This document shows, in pieces, positions 1-10,767 of a stretch of DNA of 64,000 nt. How positions within the stretch are numbered: position 1 is the stretch's first letter; each line of letters begins with the position of its first letter. Below the pieces are notes generated by a model. It did not search any database and was not told the DNA's origin. It worked only from the letters and a program-made list of their open reading frames with translations. The translations under genes were made by a program, and so were the position numbers. The DNA comes from an uncultured Desulfatitalea sp. (lineage in GTDB: Bacteria > Desulfobacterota > Desulfobacteria > Desulfobacterales > Desulfosarcinaceae): positions 1,440,001 to 1,504,000 of the forward strand of contig CAXXMB010000002.1 of assembly GCA_963668675.2 (NCBI GenBank), read 5' to 3'.

Positions 1-632
1 TGGCCTTCGGTGGCGTACTGGTCATCCTTGCCCTGCAAAACCAGCAGCGGCGCCTCAATGGCCGGCAGCGCATATTCGATGTTCCAATCCAAAAACCAAT
101 CACTGAGCCAAGTGTCGGCCCATGCCCGAAAGACGACGTCGGTCTTCTCCCCATGGTACTTGGCAAGCCCTGCCAGCTTTCCCTGGTCGAACGCATCCAC
201 GGTGGCGCGAATACCGTCAAGGGTGATGGGCTCCACAAAGACGTGGGCCGCCTCTGTGATAATGCCTCGCAGATATCGCGGTCGCTCGGCACCATACAGC
301 AACGCGATGCTGCCGCCATCAGAGTGGCCGATCATTATGAAGGCCCTTTCCGGAATCAGTTTGGAGGTCAATTGCGGCAATTCATCAAGGGCGTAGTCGT
401 GCAGGTAGTGGATGGTGCGTGGCGCCTTCAGACCGGAAGAGCGGCCATAGCCCATCCGATCGTAGACCAATCCGGCACACCCCGAAAGAAGACAAAGCCG
501 TGTTGGAAAATCACGCCACATCGCCGTACACCCCAACCCTTCATGCAAAAACACCAGGCATGGTGATCGCGGGTCTCCGTCGATCCGCTCATAGTAGATG
601 TGCTGATCTTGGCTCAGAACAACCTGTGCCAA
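1..632 (-). CDS. alpha/beta hydrolase (3' end outside window)
   Basis: Not in ORF track. My translation from TTG at 632 (GGGAGG upstream) gives LVFLHEGLG, YDRMGYG, GHSDGG nucleophile elbow and LQGKDD, open to the window edge. Confidence 0.85.
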   Translation of the reverse strand, partial: MAQVVLSQDQHIYYERIDGDPRSPCLVFLHEGLGCTAMWRDFPTRLCLLSGCAGLVYDRMGYGRSSGLKAPRTIHYLHDYALDELPQLTSKLIPERAFIMIGHSDGGSIALLYGAERPRYLRGIITEAAHVFVEPITLDGIRATVDAFDQGKLAGLAKYHGEKTDVVFRAWADTWLSDWFLDWNIEYALPAIEAPLLVLQGKDDQYATEG

Positions 633-724
633 AAGCCCTCCCGTCTATCGTCTCATCTCCTGTCCGCCAACGAGAACCCTATACCCGATGAGTGATCCAG
701 ACCTACGCCATATTTGAAAAATAG

Positions 725-1291
725 ATGCAGAGGGTATATGTCCTCTCCATGGATACCCCTCTTCCGTTCATTCCATGGAACACCTCTTCCCTGTGGCGCG
801 AGGCCAATGCCGCCATCGGGCACCTCGTGCGGCACCATCGTCAGGCCGTGGAGGAGTCCCGTATGGCGGCCGAGCAGATCCGGAGTCGACTCGCATCGAT
901 CTTTCCGATCATGGATCGCCTCTGCGGGGCCACCTGCCCCGACTGCAGCGACATCTGCTGTCAACACGCCTGTGTCTGGATCGATTTCAGGGATCTGCTC
1001 TTTCTCCACCTGACGGCCATCCCGGCGCCTGGCCAGCAGTTGCTTGCCCAACAGGGCGAGCGCTGCCGCTACAGCACACCGGAAGGATGCCGACTGGAAC
1101 GCGAACAGCGCCCCTATGTCTGCACCTGGTACCTCTGCCCGGCACAGACAGAACTGCTTCGGCAACAGCCGGCAACGATGCAAAAGGTGACCTCATCTCT
1201 GCAACAGATCAAACGCCTGCGGCGGCTGATGGAGCAGTCGTTTATCCGCGCAGGTTATCCTGCAACCGATCTCATAGATCCAATTTCATAA
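725..1291 (+). CDS. cysteine-cluster protein (YkgJ/CxxCxxCC-like), hypothetical
   Basis: CPDCSDICC ... CRY ... GCRL ... RPYVC..YLC pattern; true start may be ATG 749. Confidence 0.65.
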   Translation: MQRVYVLSMDTPLPFIPWNTSSLWREANAAIGHLVRHHRQAVEESRMAAEQIRSRLASIFPIMDRLCGATCPDCSDICCQHACVWIDFRDLLFLHLTAIPAPGQQLLAQQGERCRYSTPEGCRLEREQRPYVCTWYLCPAQTELLRQQPATMQKVTSSLQQIKRLRRLMEQSFIRAGYPATDLIDPIS

Positions 1292-1760
1292 AGGTGACCA
1301 GAAAAGGCAAGTGGTCGAACTGCTTTGTTCGGCGCTCAACGAATCCGATTCTCCGATACCACGCCTGCAACTCCTTATCTTGAGCCATCATTCCGAGTCC
1401 CAACGCTCTGGCGCCAAGCGCTCTGGCCTGGTCAATCACATGGTCACAAAGGGCCTTTCCATAACCCTTGCCCCTGTCTTCCGGCAATACACTGAGCCGC
1501 TCCAGATAGCAAAAGTCCGGATTGGCCCTTTCAAGGGCCACACACCCCACCGCCGCTTGATTGCTTTCCATCACATAGTAGGTGACGCCCCGGCTGAAAT
1601 CCTTCTGGATCCACTCATCGGTACAATTCGATGGATGCTTCGGGCAATTCTCGTGTGTCAAACCGAATCTCCGGGCCACATCCCGAAAGGATCGTCGGAC
1701 AATCGTTGCCAGCAATTGGGCATCGGTGCATTCCGTGATTCTGATGTTATCTACCCTCAT
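1272..1760 (-). CDS. GNAT family N-acetyltransferase
   Basis: LERLSVLPEDRGKGYG acetyl-CoA motif A; WYRRIGF motif B. Confidence 0.9.
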   Translation of the reverse strand: MRVDNIRITECTDAQLLATIVRRSFRDVARRFGLTHENCPKHPSNCTDEWIQKDFSRGVTYYVMESNQAAVGCVALERANPDFCYLERLSVLPEDRGKGYGKALCDHVIDQARALGARALGLGMMAQDKELQAWYRRIGFVERRTKQFDHLPFLVTFMKLDL

Positions 1761-1793
1761 CTCAATCTGCCCTCACTCTATTGGTTGCGTTGC

Positions 1794-1946
1794 TCAACAC
1801 CCTCGCAACTCGTTTGGGTCAGATCTGATTCCAGCAAAAAAATCGAGCACGGCAGCATTAAACGCTGCTGGCTGTTCGATAAACATGCCGTGGGATGCGT
1901 TTGAGATGGTAATCTTTCTCTGCTGTTCCAGGTACGCCTGGAGGCG
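1794..1946 (-). pseudogene. remnant C-terminus of an alpha/beta hydrolase
   Basis: Frame reads ISNASHGMFIEQPAAFNAAVLDFF (catalytic His region) but is closed upstream by TGA at 1947-1949 and has no N-terminal portion. Confidence 0.55.
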
Positions 1947-2087
1947 TCATGCACAATCTCTTTCCATCGCTTATCAATCCACGGATTTATCCACGACCAT
2001 CATCCGAACCATGATGCGCATCCTATAGCGGCACCTAATCTCTGGACGCGCCGGAGCATCACCCACAAAATTAGGATGCGATCAAAT

Positions 2088-2897
2088 TTACTTCTTCTCA
2101 ATAGTACCGCCGGCCCGCTCCATGGCCGCCTTTTCAAACCCTGTCTGGAATCCCGGGGAGTAGTTCATATACTGCGGTATAGGGTACCTCAAACCGGCTC
2201 GATGCGTTCTCTCCAGCCCTTCCATCAGCATTTCAAGTTTTTCTCGCGGACAGGAGAACATGACCTCATGGTCCTGGGCGCCTCCCCAGATACGATCTCC
2301 ATTGCCCAACGTGACATACTGAGGTTCTTTGTTTTTTATGGTTTTGGTCACCCCCTCATGGCAGGAGCCCACTCTTCCCGCTGCACTAAACGCCAACGCA
2401 CCCCCCTCCATAAAGAGATACCCCTGGACAAACCGCATGGCCTGCGCTGGCAGGCAGTAGATCATAACAGTGTCCGGAACCACCTTTGTCCGTGACAATG
2501 GGGAGATAATCAACCCTAAAATATCGTCCTCCAGTGAATGCAGGTGCTGCTCGAACTTGCCTGCAACAGCAGTGTCCTTTGCATAGAGACCGACGCTGAA
2601 TGCATCCGCCCACTCTTTATCCTCCTGCGTAAGTGTATCCCAACCGTAGACCGCACGCGCAGGTTTGCAGTTGATATCCGCCTCGGTGACAGCAATGGTC
2701 CACCCGTATGTACGCGACATTTTGAAGTTCTGGCAGACAAAATTCTGCAGCGCCATATCCCGGGAAGGTCTTTTATACTCAGGTTCGATTTCGCTCTCGG
2801 ATCGGACGATTTTTACAGCCAATGGAAACGTTGCAGGGCGGATCAATGCCTCAATCCGCTCACCATATGTTCTGTACCGTTCCAGTTCTGATGCCAT
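2088..2897 (-). CDS. DUF169 family protein
   Basis: FPLAVK, CQ..MSR.YG, C, PDTVMIYCLPAQAMR, G.GDR motifs; ATG 2897 preceded by AGGAGG. Confidence 0.8.
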   Translation of the reverse strand: MASELERYRTYGERIEALIRPATFPLAVKIVRSESEIEPEYKRPSRDMALQNFVCQNFKMSRTYGWTIAVTEADINCKPARAVYGWDTLTQEDKEWADAFSVGLYAKDTAVAGKFEQHLHSLEDDILGLIISPLSRTKVVPDTVMIYCLPAQAMRFVQGYLFMEGGALAFSAAGRVGSCHEGVTKTIKNKEPQYVTLGNGDRIWGGAQDHEVMFSCPREKLEMLMEGLERTHRAGLRYPIPQYMNYSPGFQTGFEKAAMERAGGTIEKK

Positions 2898-3211
2898 ATA
2901 CACCTCCTGAAATAGATCATGAAAATAGGGCAAACCGGCAATCCGCTGATTGAACCGCTGCTCAGGGAAACATACGCATCAACACAATATTTTTAGGACT
3001 AATGAAACCCTTTTAAAAAAACAAGGGAATTTACGGATGGGAAAAGCCGAATAGAAGCAGCAGCCATCGCAATCAACGCCACGAAATGCTACGAAGCATA
3101 CGTATAAATCGGAAATGGCGCCATAAAACCATACATGGCGATTACCCGGGGTAACGTACCGGTCGGAGGTGACAACCATGGAATGGCCTTGCCGAGTGCC
3201 TAAAGCAAACC

Positions 3212-3604
3212 CTACTTTACAGACAATACCGGACAGGGGGCATCAAGGATCACTTGGCGGGAGGTTGACCCGAAGAGCAATTTACCCAGTTGGGAGCGGC
3301 GGCGCAGACCGATAACGATTTCGTCGATCTCGTTCTCCTTGGCGTAGCGCAGCAGATCTTCAGCCACAGACATCTGCTGCTGCTGGGACATCTCGATCTT
3401 GCATTTGATATCACACGCCTGGCACAACATTTCGCTGTCTTTCAATCCAGATTCAAGACGGGTATTTTTGGGGCTGTCGATTTTGCCGTTGGCAGCAGCC
3501 GTAAAAATGTGAAGTTCAGCTTTGAGCGTTTTGGCACGTCTTTGGGCAACGGTCAGTGCACGTTGCGCCATCTCCGAACCATCATATCCAACCAGGATCT
3601 TCAT
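3212..3604 (-). CDS. universal stress protein (UspA family)
   Basis: KILVGYDGS start; IVIG..RRS..GKLLFGSTS.V...APCPVL end. Confidence 0.92.
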   Translation of the reverse strand: MKILVGYDGSEMAQRALTVAQRRAKTLKAELHIFTAAANGKIDSPKNTRLESGLKDSEMLCQACDIKCKIEMSQQQQMSVAEDLLRYAKENEIDEIVIGLRRRSQLGKLLFGSTSRQVILDAPCPVLSVK

Positions 3605-3874
3605 TCTCTTTGAACACTCCTCTAAAACTGATGCGTTTGGATCTACCGAGTGGCACAAAAGCAGAAAAATGTCAAAAAACGCGCTAAAAGTCAATCAAAG
3701 ATAACAATTCGAGCAATCAACCCTCCCGGTAGCCCGGCCGCCCGGACACAAATGATCTGGTGGCTTCCTCCCCCCGAACACATTACCAGAGACTGGCCGC
3801 ATGAATCCCTTTTCCAATAGGGCACTTTAAGCCGTCTGTTGTCAGAAAGAACCAAAAGGGCTACATTCGAGGCG

Positions 3875-4897
3875 ATGAACCTGCTCTGCCTCACATACGA
3901 CCAGCTCGAGGAGCAATTTCGGCTGCGGTACGGTCGTGGCGCCTACCACGCCGCGGCCCTCTATCGCGCCTTCTACACCACCAGGAGTCTGGATCTTTCA
4001 CAGATCCCCGAATTTGAACAATCCAACGCCCTGGCAGAGGAGGTCGGACGCGATCTCGATGCCCCTCTGCCCGAACTGACCCGCCAAATCGAAGCGGACG
4101 GCGTCACCAAACTGCAATTGCGCCTGAGCGACGGTCTGGCCGTTGAGACGGTGCTCATCCCCATGCCACATCACGCCACGGTGTGTGTCTCATGCCAGGT
4201 CGGATGCCGCATGGGATGCCGTTTTTGCGAAACCGGGCAGATGGGGCTGCTGCGCCAGTTGACGACCGATGAAATCGTGGCCCAGGTGTATATGGCCAGG
4301 ATCCGGCTGGGCGTGGCGGTCCGCAATGTGGTCTTCATGGGGATGGGAGAGCCCCTGGATAACTTCAATGCGGTCGTTCAGGCCATACGCGTCCTCGAAG
4401 ATCAACGCGGCCTCAATATCGCAAAGCGACGTATTACCGTATCGACAGTGGGCCTGGTGCCGGGCATTGAGCGGCTCTCCGAACTGAACTGGCCACAGCT
4501 CAAGCTGGCCGTCAGCCTCAATGCGACCGCTAACGACCAACGCAGCGCACTGATGCCCGTCAATCAGCGCTTTGACCTGCAGGAACTGCGAACCGCCCTG
4601 GAGCGCTACCCCCTGGCCCGGGGCAATGTGCTGCTGGTCGAGTATGTCCTGATCAAAAACGTCAATGACACGCCTGAAGATGCCCGCCGGTTGGCAGGCT
4701 ACGTGGCGGGGCTGCCGGTCCGCATCAATCTGATCCCCTATAATCCCAGGCAGGCATCGCCATTCGAGGCCCCCACCCAAGGGGAGGTGCACCGCTTTCA
4801 CCAGGCGTTGATCAAGGTGGGCCTCTTTGTGCGCCTGCGACGATCCAAAGGCGCCGGTATTCAAGCAGCCTGCGGTCAGTTGGGAGGAAATCTATAA
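3875..4897 (+). CDS. rlmN: 23S rRNA/tRNA m2A methyltransferase RlmN family (radical SAM)
   Basis: VETV, CRMGCRFC, FMGMGEP, SLNA, INLIPYN, AACGQL. Confidence 0.92.
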   Translation: MNLLCLTYDQLEEQFRLRYGRGAYHAAALYRAFYTTRSLDLSQIPEFEQSNALAEEVGRDLDAPLPELTRQIEADGVTKLQLRLSDGLAVETVLIPMPHHATVCVSCQVGCRMGCRFCETGQMGLLRQLTTDEIVAQVYMARIRLGVAVRNVVFMGMGEPLDNFNAVVQAIRVLEDQRGLNIAKRRITVSTVGLVPGIERLSELNWPQLKLAVSLNATANDQRSALMPVNQRFDLQELRTALERYPLARGNVLLVEYVLIKNVNDTPEDARRLAGYVAGLPVRINLIPYNPRQASPFEAPTQGEVHRFHQALIKVGLFVRLRRSKGAGIQAACGQLGGNL

Positions 4898-5034
4898 AAT
4901 CACTACCCCCAGTCGTAACCCTGACCGTTCAGGGGCCGGAGGGCTTCAGAGATGCAGCGGCAAGCATAAGGCCGTAATGGATGACTGTGATCCCTTGCCA
5001 ACACAGGATCTTGCGTCCTCCAGTCTTCGAACCG

Positions 5035-5520
5035 TTAAGGTTTGGGGCTTGTCAGGGGGTGGGAGCGTTTGCCGGTGAGCTCGTCGATGTGGATGCGCCA
5101 CACCCGCATGCCGCGCCCCGGCATCGCCGATGGCATCTGCCGATCCCGGGCATAGTGCTGCACCATCAGATCGAGTCCGCGGGTCTTCCCATCGAGTGTA
5201 GGCAACTCTTCGATTCGCCCCTGACCGACCACGCTCTCAAAGGCAAAACTCCATTTACATGGCTTCGACGGTGCCGCCAGAAGACGCAGATCGGTCTCCA
5301 TGGCAAAAGAGACCCGCGGGTTGCGGCGGATCATATCGATCTTCTTGCCTTCGAGGGCAGTGTGGATGTAAAGGTAGCGGCCATCATAGCCGAAGCAGAC
5401 CGGAACCACGTATGGGGTATTATCCACAGCCACTGCAAGGTGGCAGATCAGGCATCGTTCGATAACGGCATCGATTTCGGATCTCTCGGTAATCTCCTTC
5501 TCCTGACGCTGCATGGGCAT
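5035..5520 (-). CDS. pyridoxamine 5'-phosphate oxidase-like flavin-binding protein (NimA-like)
   Basis: PYVVP..FGY....LYIH...G.K.D.I..NPRVSF, FESV...G, TGK. Confidence 0.85.
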   Translation of the reverse strand: MPMQRQEKEITERSEIDAVIERCLICHLAVAVDNTPYVVPVCFGYDGRYLYIHTALEGKKIDMIRRNPRVSFAMETDLRLLAAPSKPCKWSFAFESVVGQGRIEELPTLDGKTRGLDLMVQHYARDRQMPSAMPGRGMRVWRIHIDELTGKRSHPLTSPKP

Positions 5521-5578
5521 GTTCTCTTTCCAGCTACATTATTACGTTTTCGGGCGGGCGTTCCATAACACAAACCGT

Positions 5579-6334
5579 TCAATTCTTCTCCCTGGAATCA
5601 TCTGCGATGGCGAGTTGCAACACCTGCTCAAGGGCCGCTGTCTTCTCCGGCGCCATCTCAAGGAAGACAAAGGTGACCCGCATGGCAGCGGGACTGTTGT
5701 CCGGATGCCACTCGGTAATATTCATCTGCAGCAGTTTACAGGGAAGATCGAAAACCGAATCCAGATCCGTACGTTCCGAAATGTGCAGCGACAACTGCAA
5801 GTCTCTCTGCATCAACAGATTCGGCTCAAATGTCACCATCTCGGCCAATACTCCCCCCCGGCTGATATTGATCATGATACCTTCGATACGCTGCCCCTCG
5901 GAGTAGACTGCCACTTCTGCCTGGGGGATATAAAAGCGCTTGTCTTTTCTCCAATTTCGCGGATTACAGACAAAATTGATCTTCTTGATCAGATCCGCCG
6001 GTCGCACGCGCATCATCACCACGTGCTCAAACCCCTGCCGCACCAACTCATTGATATCTGTTCCGTTATCATCTTCGGAGAGAATAATGCAGGGCGTATC
6101 TCCATTATGATCGGTTTCGGACATTTCAGCATTCAGATCGAATAGAGACATGTCCTTCACTTTGGTCGAGACAATTACTACATCAAAATTGTGAAGTGAA
6201 AGTTCGGCAAGCGCTTCCTGGGCACTTTCGGCTTCGTCGAAGGCGACATCGCTGAGTTCTGCATAGACAAATTTTTGAATCAGGCTGCGAATGGAGCGTG
6301 TGGGATGGACGAGCAGAATTTGTCGGATTCGCAT
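5579..6334 (-). CDS. atypical receiver domain + PilZ domain protein
   Basis: Receiver-like N-terminus lacking the conserved Asp residues; RKDKR and NISRGG c-di-GMP-binding PilZ motifs. Confidence 0.75.
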   Translation of the reverse strand: MRIRQILLVHPTRSIRSLIQKFVYAELSDVAFDEAESAQEALAELSLHNFDVVIVSTKVKDMSLFDLNAEMSETDHNGDTPCIILSEDDNGTDINELVRQGFEHVVMMRVRPADLIKKINFVCNPRNWRKDKRFYIPQAEVAVYSEGQRIEGIMINISRGGVLAEMVTFEPNLLMQRDLQLSLHISERTDLDSVFDLPCKLLQMNITEWHPDNSPAAMRVTFVFLEMAPEKTAALEQVLQLAIADDSREKN

Positions 6335-6533
6335 TTGAAAAGGACTCCTTTATCAGATCGACCGAATCGACCGGTATCAATAGAGCTGTTTGATACGAAT
6401 CAGATGCAACTGTTTCTGATCATCAGTAAGATGCGCCGGCGAGAGGAGATGTAGAATCTATAGCACAGCCAATGTGCAAAAAGCAATCTTTGCACCGGCG
6501 ATGACACCATGCTGGCATGCGTTAAATTCGGGG

Positions 6534-7391
6534 CTACTCTCGACCGAGTTTAAACAGTTCCGCTGCATTGAGGCCGCACACCTTGTGCTTCTGCTCGTCA
6601 CTCAAACCGGCCAGGGCCATCTCGTCGAAATAGCGCTTGGGCGCAAGCAACGGGTAGTCGGTCCCGAACAAGACCTTCTCTTCGCCGGCCAGCTCCATGG
6701 CCAGTCTGTAGATATCGGATCGGTAGAGAAAGGGAGATGCAGCAGTGTCGAACCAGACATTGCCCAGGGTCTCGGCCACCTCTCTCTTCATCAGATTGTA
6801 CCAGAAGATGCCGCCACCCCAGTGGGCGAGTATCAGCCGCGTCGTGGCGTACTTCTTGACCAGGCCATAGATCTGGGCCAGCGTGTTGCTGGTTTTACCC
6901 GGATACTGATGCCCAACCGGCTCGTTGGTGTGAACCATGACGGGGCGGTCGTACTGCCGGGCCAGGGCCATGATAGCGTCCAAGCCATCGAGGGATTGGC
7001 ACTCCATATCGGAGCAGTAAAAGGCCAATTCGCCGACACCTGACAGTCCGGCGGCCAGGCATCGCTCGACCTCGCGTACCGCTTCGGGCTGTTCGGTATC
7101 CATGCAGCACAACCCGATCAACCGGTCGGGATAGCGCTGAACCGATTCGAGGATGTAATCATTGTGGCGCTTGAAGATATCCGCCGTTCGCCAGGGAAAA
7201 CCAAAGGTGACTGCCTTGTCTACACCGTGGGCATCCATGGCCGCCACCAACTCATCCGCACCGACCATTTTAGACTTGGGTGATGCGTAGAGCAATTCAA
7301 AAGCAGGCTCATTATCAAGAAAGCGCTCGCGCTGGCCGCGTATCTCATCGGGAAAAATATGTGTGTGTGCATCAATAATCATAGCAAACAT
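6534..7391 (-). CDS. amidohydrolase family protein (Amidohydro_2)
   Basis: IIDAHTH, GVGE, VMVH, ILAHWGG, LFGTDYP. Confidence 0.9.
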   Translation of the reverse strand: MFAMIIDAHTHIFPDEIRGQRERFLDNEPAFELLYASPKSKMVGADELVAAMDAHGVDKAVTFGFPWRTADIFKRHNDYILESVQRYPDRLIGLCCMDTEQPEAVREVERCLAAGLSGVGELAFYCSDMECQSLDGLDAIMALARQYDRPVMVHTNEPVGHQYPGKTSNTLAQIYGLVKKYATTRLILAHWGGGIFWYNLMKREVAETLGNVWFDTAASPFLYRSDIYRLAMELAGEEKVLFGTDYPLLAPKRYFDEMALAGLSDEQKHKVCGLNAAELFKLGRE

Positions 7392-7505
7392 CCGTTTTTA
7401 ACTTCTAAATGAATTCATCAGGCGCTTGTATCATCCACATCGGACACCACGGGTTGATAGCATATCGTCCCCTGTTTGTCTCGTCCTTTGCCATCTTGAC
7501 CATGC

Positions 7506-8321
7506 TCAGATCCCCGGTGCGCCCGACCCCTTGCCCTGCTTCGCCCATGCAAAGATATGTTCTCCAAGCAAGCTGTTACAGATCACTGCTGTCTCGACGG
7601 TTTCGGTGTGGCGCACATTGGTCAGGGCCATATCCAGACCAGCAGCCGCCAGCATGGGTAGAAACGCCCGCTCCAGTTCAACCTTGCGCGCCGTCGGAAC
7701 AGGTCCGGAGGCCAGGTTGGATATACCGGCGATGGTTCGGACGGGAACGCCAAGCAGATCGGCCAAACTGCCGATCACCTTGAGCACCGCCCGGTTGTGG
7801 CGGGCCCCATCTTGCCAAGAGAGCGGAGCCACGACCGGATCGATGATCAGACGGTTAGGATCCAGCCCGGCTTTTGTGTAGGCCCCAAAGAGTGCCACGG
7901 CCAGCTCCATCATCTCCGTCTCATCGATGGGTACCTGGCTGTTGGGGTGCAGCAGATAACCGATGATTTCGGCATCATAATCCCGGGCCAGGGGAAGCAT
8001 CCGTTCGAGCTTGGATGGCTCCAGGGAGAATCCATTGATAATGGTCCGGCCCCGGCAGGCGTTAAGGCCGGCCGCCATGGCCGCCGTATTGACTGTATCG
8101 AGCAACAGGGGCAGATCGGTCAGGGTCTGAACCGTCTCGACCAGAAACGCCATGCGCTCTTCAGGTTGCCTGGGCAATGGGCCGGGGTTGATATCCAGGG
8201 CTTGGGCACCCAATCGCAGGCACTCCCGGACCATTGCCCGCACTGGTACGGGATCCAGTTTCTCCAGCGCCCTGGCAAATGCGGGCTGCATGACATGCAG
8301 GTTGTCAGCGACGATCATCAC
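7506..8321 (-). CDS. pterin-binding protein (methyltetrahydrofolate:corrinoid methyltransferase AcsE-like / DHPS fold)
   Basis: LDINPG, PLLLDT, IING, IIDP, GISNLASG, FL.ML..AGLD. Confidence 0.8.
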   Translation of the reverse strand: MMIVADNLHVMQPAFARALEKLDPVPVRAMVRECLRLGAQALDINPGPLPRQPEERMAFLVETVQTLTDLPLLLDTVNTAAMAAGLNACRGRTIINGFSLEPSKLERMLPLARDYDAEIIGYLLHPNSQVPIDETEMMELAVALFGAYTKAGLDPNRLIIDPVVAPLSWQDGARHNRAVLKVIGSLADLLGVPVRTIAGISNLASGPVPTARKVELERAFLPMLAAAGLDMALTNVRHTETVETAVICNSLLGEHIFAWAKQGKGSGAPGI

Positions 8322-8747
8322 GATTGAAAAAACACCTCATAGTTGAAAGAAAAATCACACTTATGCGTAGATGGCCCAAGACCGATAACACCACACACAC
8401 CCGGTGTAAGGTGCCTGGCGCCCTATCCTCGTGCCATGGGATATACAAGCTGAAAGGCAAAATATCAAACCATCTGCCGCCGGCCGCAAAATACCGGCAG
8501 CAGCGGATGGGTCATGGCATTGGCAATTGGGTCCACTTTGTTATATAGGACGACACGAGGCGTCGATCCCCAGCAAGTGCCTTGCCACGGTTAAACAAAA
8601 CATTATGTTCTACAAAACAAATACGTGGTGTTCATCAAGAAGCGGTCTTGGCGGATAGCGTCAGAGATGGACAGTGACCGATACGAACCAAAACCATTCG
8701 GCAAGCCGCGTATTGACGGACATCAAAATTAGAGAAAGGAAAAAATT

Positions 8748-9254
8748 GTGGTAAAACTCGAAACCAGCATGGGTGATATCTATTTGGAACTCGACGAGGA
8801 GAAGGCCCCCAATAGCGCGGCCAATTTCCTCTCATATGTGAACAGCGGCCACTACGACGGCACCATCTTCCATCGCGTGATCGACGGATTCATGATCCAG
8901 GGTGGCGGCATGACCGCCGACATGTCGGAAAAACAGACCGGGGAGCCCATCGAGAACGAGGCCGACAACGGACTGACCAATGACCCCTACACCGTGGCCA
9001 TGGCACGCACCATGGACCCCCACAGCGCCACGGCCCAGTTCTTTATCAATGTGAAAAAGAACGATTTCCTCAACCACACCGCCAAGAACGAGCGCGGATG
9101 GGGTTACGCCGTCTTCGGCAAAGTGGTCAAGGGGCACGGCGTGGTCAACAAAATCAAAACCGTGCCCACCGGCCGTGCCGGCATGCACGACGATGTGCCC
9201 AAAGAGCCCGTCGAGATCGTCAAGGCCGAAGTGGTGGACGCCCTGCCCGAATAG
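8748..9254 (+). CDS. ppiB: cyclophilin-type peptidyl-prolyl cis-trans isomerase
   Basis: [38 protein letters not shown]. Confidence 0.93.
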   Translation: MVKLETSMGDIYLELDEEKAPNSAANFLSYVNSGHYDGTIFHRVIDGFMIQGGGMTADMSEKQTGEPIENEADNGLTNDPYTVAMARTMDPHSATAQFFINVKKNDFLNHTAKNERGWGYAVFGKVVKGHGVVNKIKTVPTGRAGMHDDVPKEPVEIVKAEVVDALPE

Positions 9255-9280
9255 CGCAACAACTGACTGCGAGTAAAAAG

Positions 9281-9313
9281 AAAAAGGCCGGCAACACCAA
9301 CTGCCGGCCTTTT
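9281..9313 (+). terminator. intrinsic terminator hairpin
   Basis: AAAAGGCCGGCA-loop-TGCCGGCCTTTT just after the cyclophilin stop. Confidence 0.75.
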
Positions 9314-9543
9314 CATTCCATACCCTACCCAGTTTTCGGTTGACCAGATGCAGCGGACCGCCCGGAGCTGCGTCTAAGCGACAGTAAAACCATGGAGCGT
9401 CGCATTGGATACCCTCACTGCCCTCCTCACCGGCCCCTCTCCTCCTTTTATCTTGAGCCATCCCCATAAAATGGGGTAAGCAGAGATTATAGCTCAGGTT
9501 TTCAAACCCGTATCAATTCGCGCAAAATTTTCAGGGAGCCAAT

Positions 9544-10374
9544 ATGGACAAAACCAATGAGGCCGAAAACATCGCCGTGTTCTGTGACTTCGAGAATGTG
9601 GCCCTGGGTGTCAAAGAGGCGCGCTACGACGCCTTTGACATCGGTAAAGTGCTCGAACGTCTATTGCTCAAAGGCAACATTGTGGTCAAAAAAGCCTACT
9701 GCGACTGGCAGCGCTACAAGGATTTCAAGGCGGCCATGCACGAGGCGGCCTTCGAGCTGATCGAAATCCCCCACGTGCGCCAGTCGGGCAAAAATTCCGC
9801 CGATATCCGTATGGTGGTCGATGCCCTGGACCTGTGCTACACCAAATCCCACCTGGACACCTTCGTCATTGTCAGCGGCGACTCCGACTTCTCCCCCCTG
9901 GTCAGCAAGCTGCGTGAAAACAACAAGGTCGTCATCGGCGTGGGAGTCAAGAACTCAAGTTCCGACCTGCTGATCGCCAACTGCGACGAGTTTATCTACT
10001 ATGACGACCTGGTACGCAAAAAAAAGCCGCGCAAAAAACCGACCCGCAAACCGGTGCGTCAGGGCGCCAAAAGCACTGCCGGCAGCGCCCTGCCCGAGAA
10101 AGAGGCTGAGGAGCGCATTCAGGAGGCCCTGGACCTGATCATGGAGACTCTGGAAGCGCTGGCCGAGGAACGCGGATCGGAAGAGAAGATCTGGGGCTCC
10201 ATGGTCAAGCAGACCCTCAAGCGTCGTCGTCCGGGCTTCAACGAATCCTACTACGGATTTAGATCGTTCAAGCGCCTGCTTGAAGAGGCTGCCGCAAGGG
10301 AGCTGATGGAGCTGGAACCCGACGAAAAATCAGGCGGCTATATCATCAAAAGTTTTCATCAGGATGACGAGTAG
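9544..10374 (+). CDS. NYN domain protein with C-terminal OST-HTH/LOTUS domain
   Basis: DFEN, KNSADIRMVVD, SGDSDF, CDEFIYY; C-terminal PGFNESYYGFRSF..LLE. Confidence 0.9.
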   Translation: MDKTNEAENIAVFCDFENVALGVKEARYDAFDIGKVLERLLLKGNIVVKKAYCDWQRYKDFKAAMHEAAFELIEIPHVRQSGKNSADIRMVVDALDLCYTKSHLDTFVIVSGDSDFSPLVSKLRENNKVVIGVGVKNSSSDLLIANCDEFIYYDDLVRKKKPRKKPTRKPVRQGAKSTAGSALPEKEAEERIQEALDLIMETLEALAEERGSEEKIWGSMVKQTLKRRRPGFNESYYGFRSFKRLLEEAAARELMELEPDEKSGGYIIKSFHQDDE

Positions 10375-10767
10375 CCCCTTCCCGCCCCAATTGTGTAAAG
10401 CCATCGTTCGCCCTGGAACATTCCCACCGATCCGGGCGGCCCACCGTCGCCCCACGCCGTCGATATGGCAAGCCTATTGCAAGTCCCGATACAGCTCATT
10501 GCTCATCCTGATGCCTGAATGGGCGGACCTGGGGAGAACATAGACACCTCTGGAATTCCAACAGTCTGTATTTAAAATATTTTTCAACTCATCAACCCTT
10601 TAAACGCAGCCAGGAGAAGATTCTTTCACCTACTGACGGTGCACCGGCACGAATGCGAGCAGTGAAAAATTTGCATTCCTGTGCAACAAAAATGCAACGG
10701 CAGACGGCATCTGACGAAGGCATCAGAGAGCACTCACAAGCAAAACAGTAAAAAAGGGAAGAGATCG

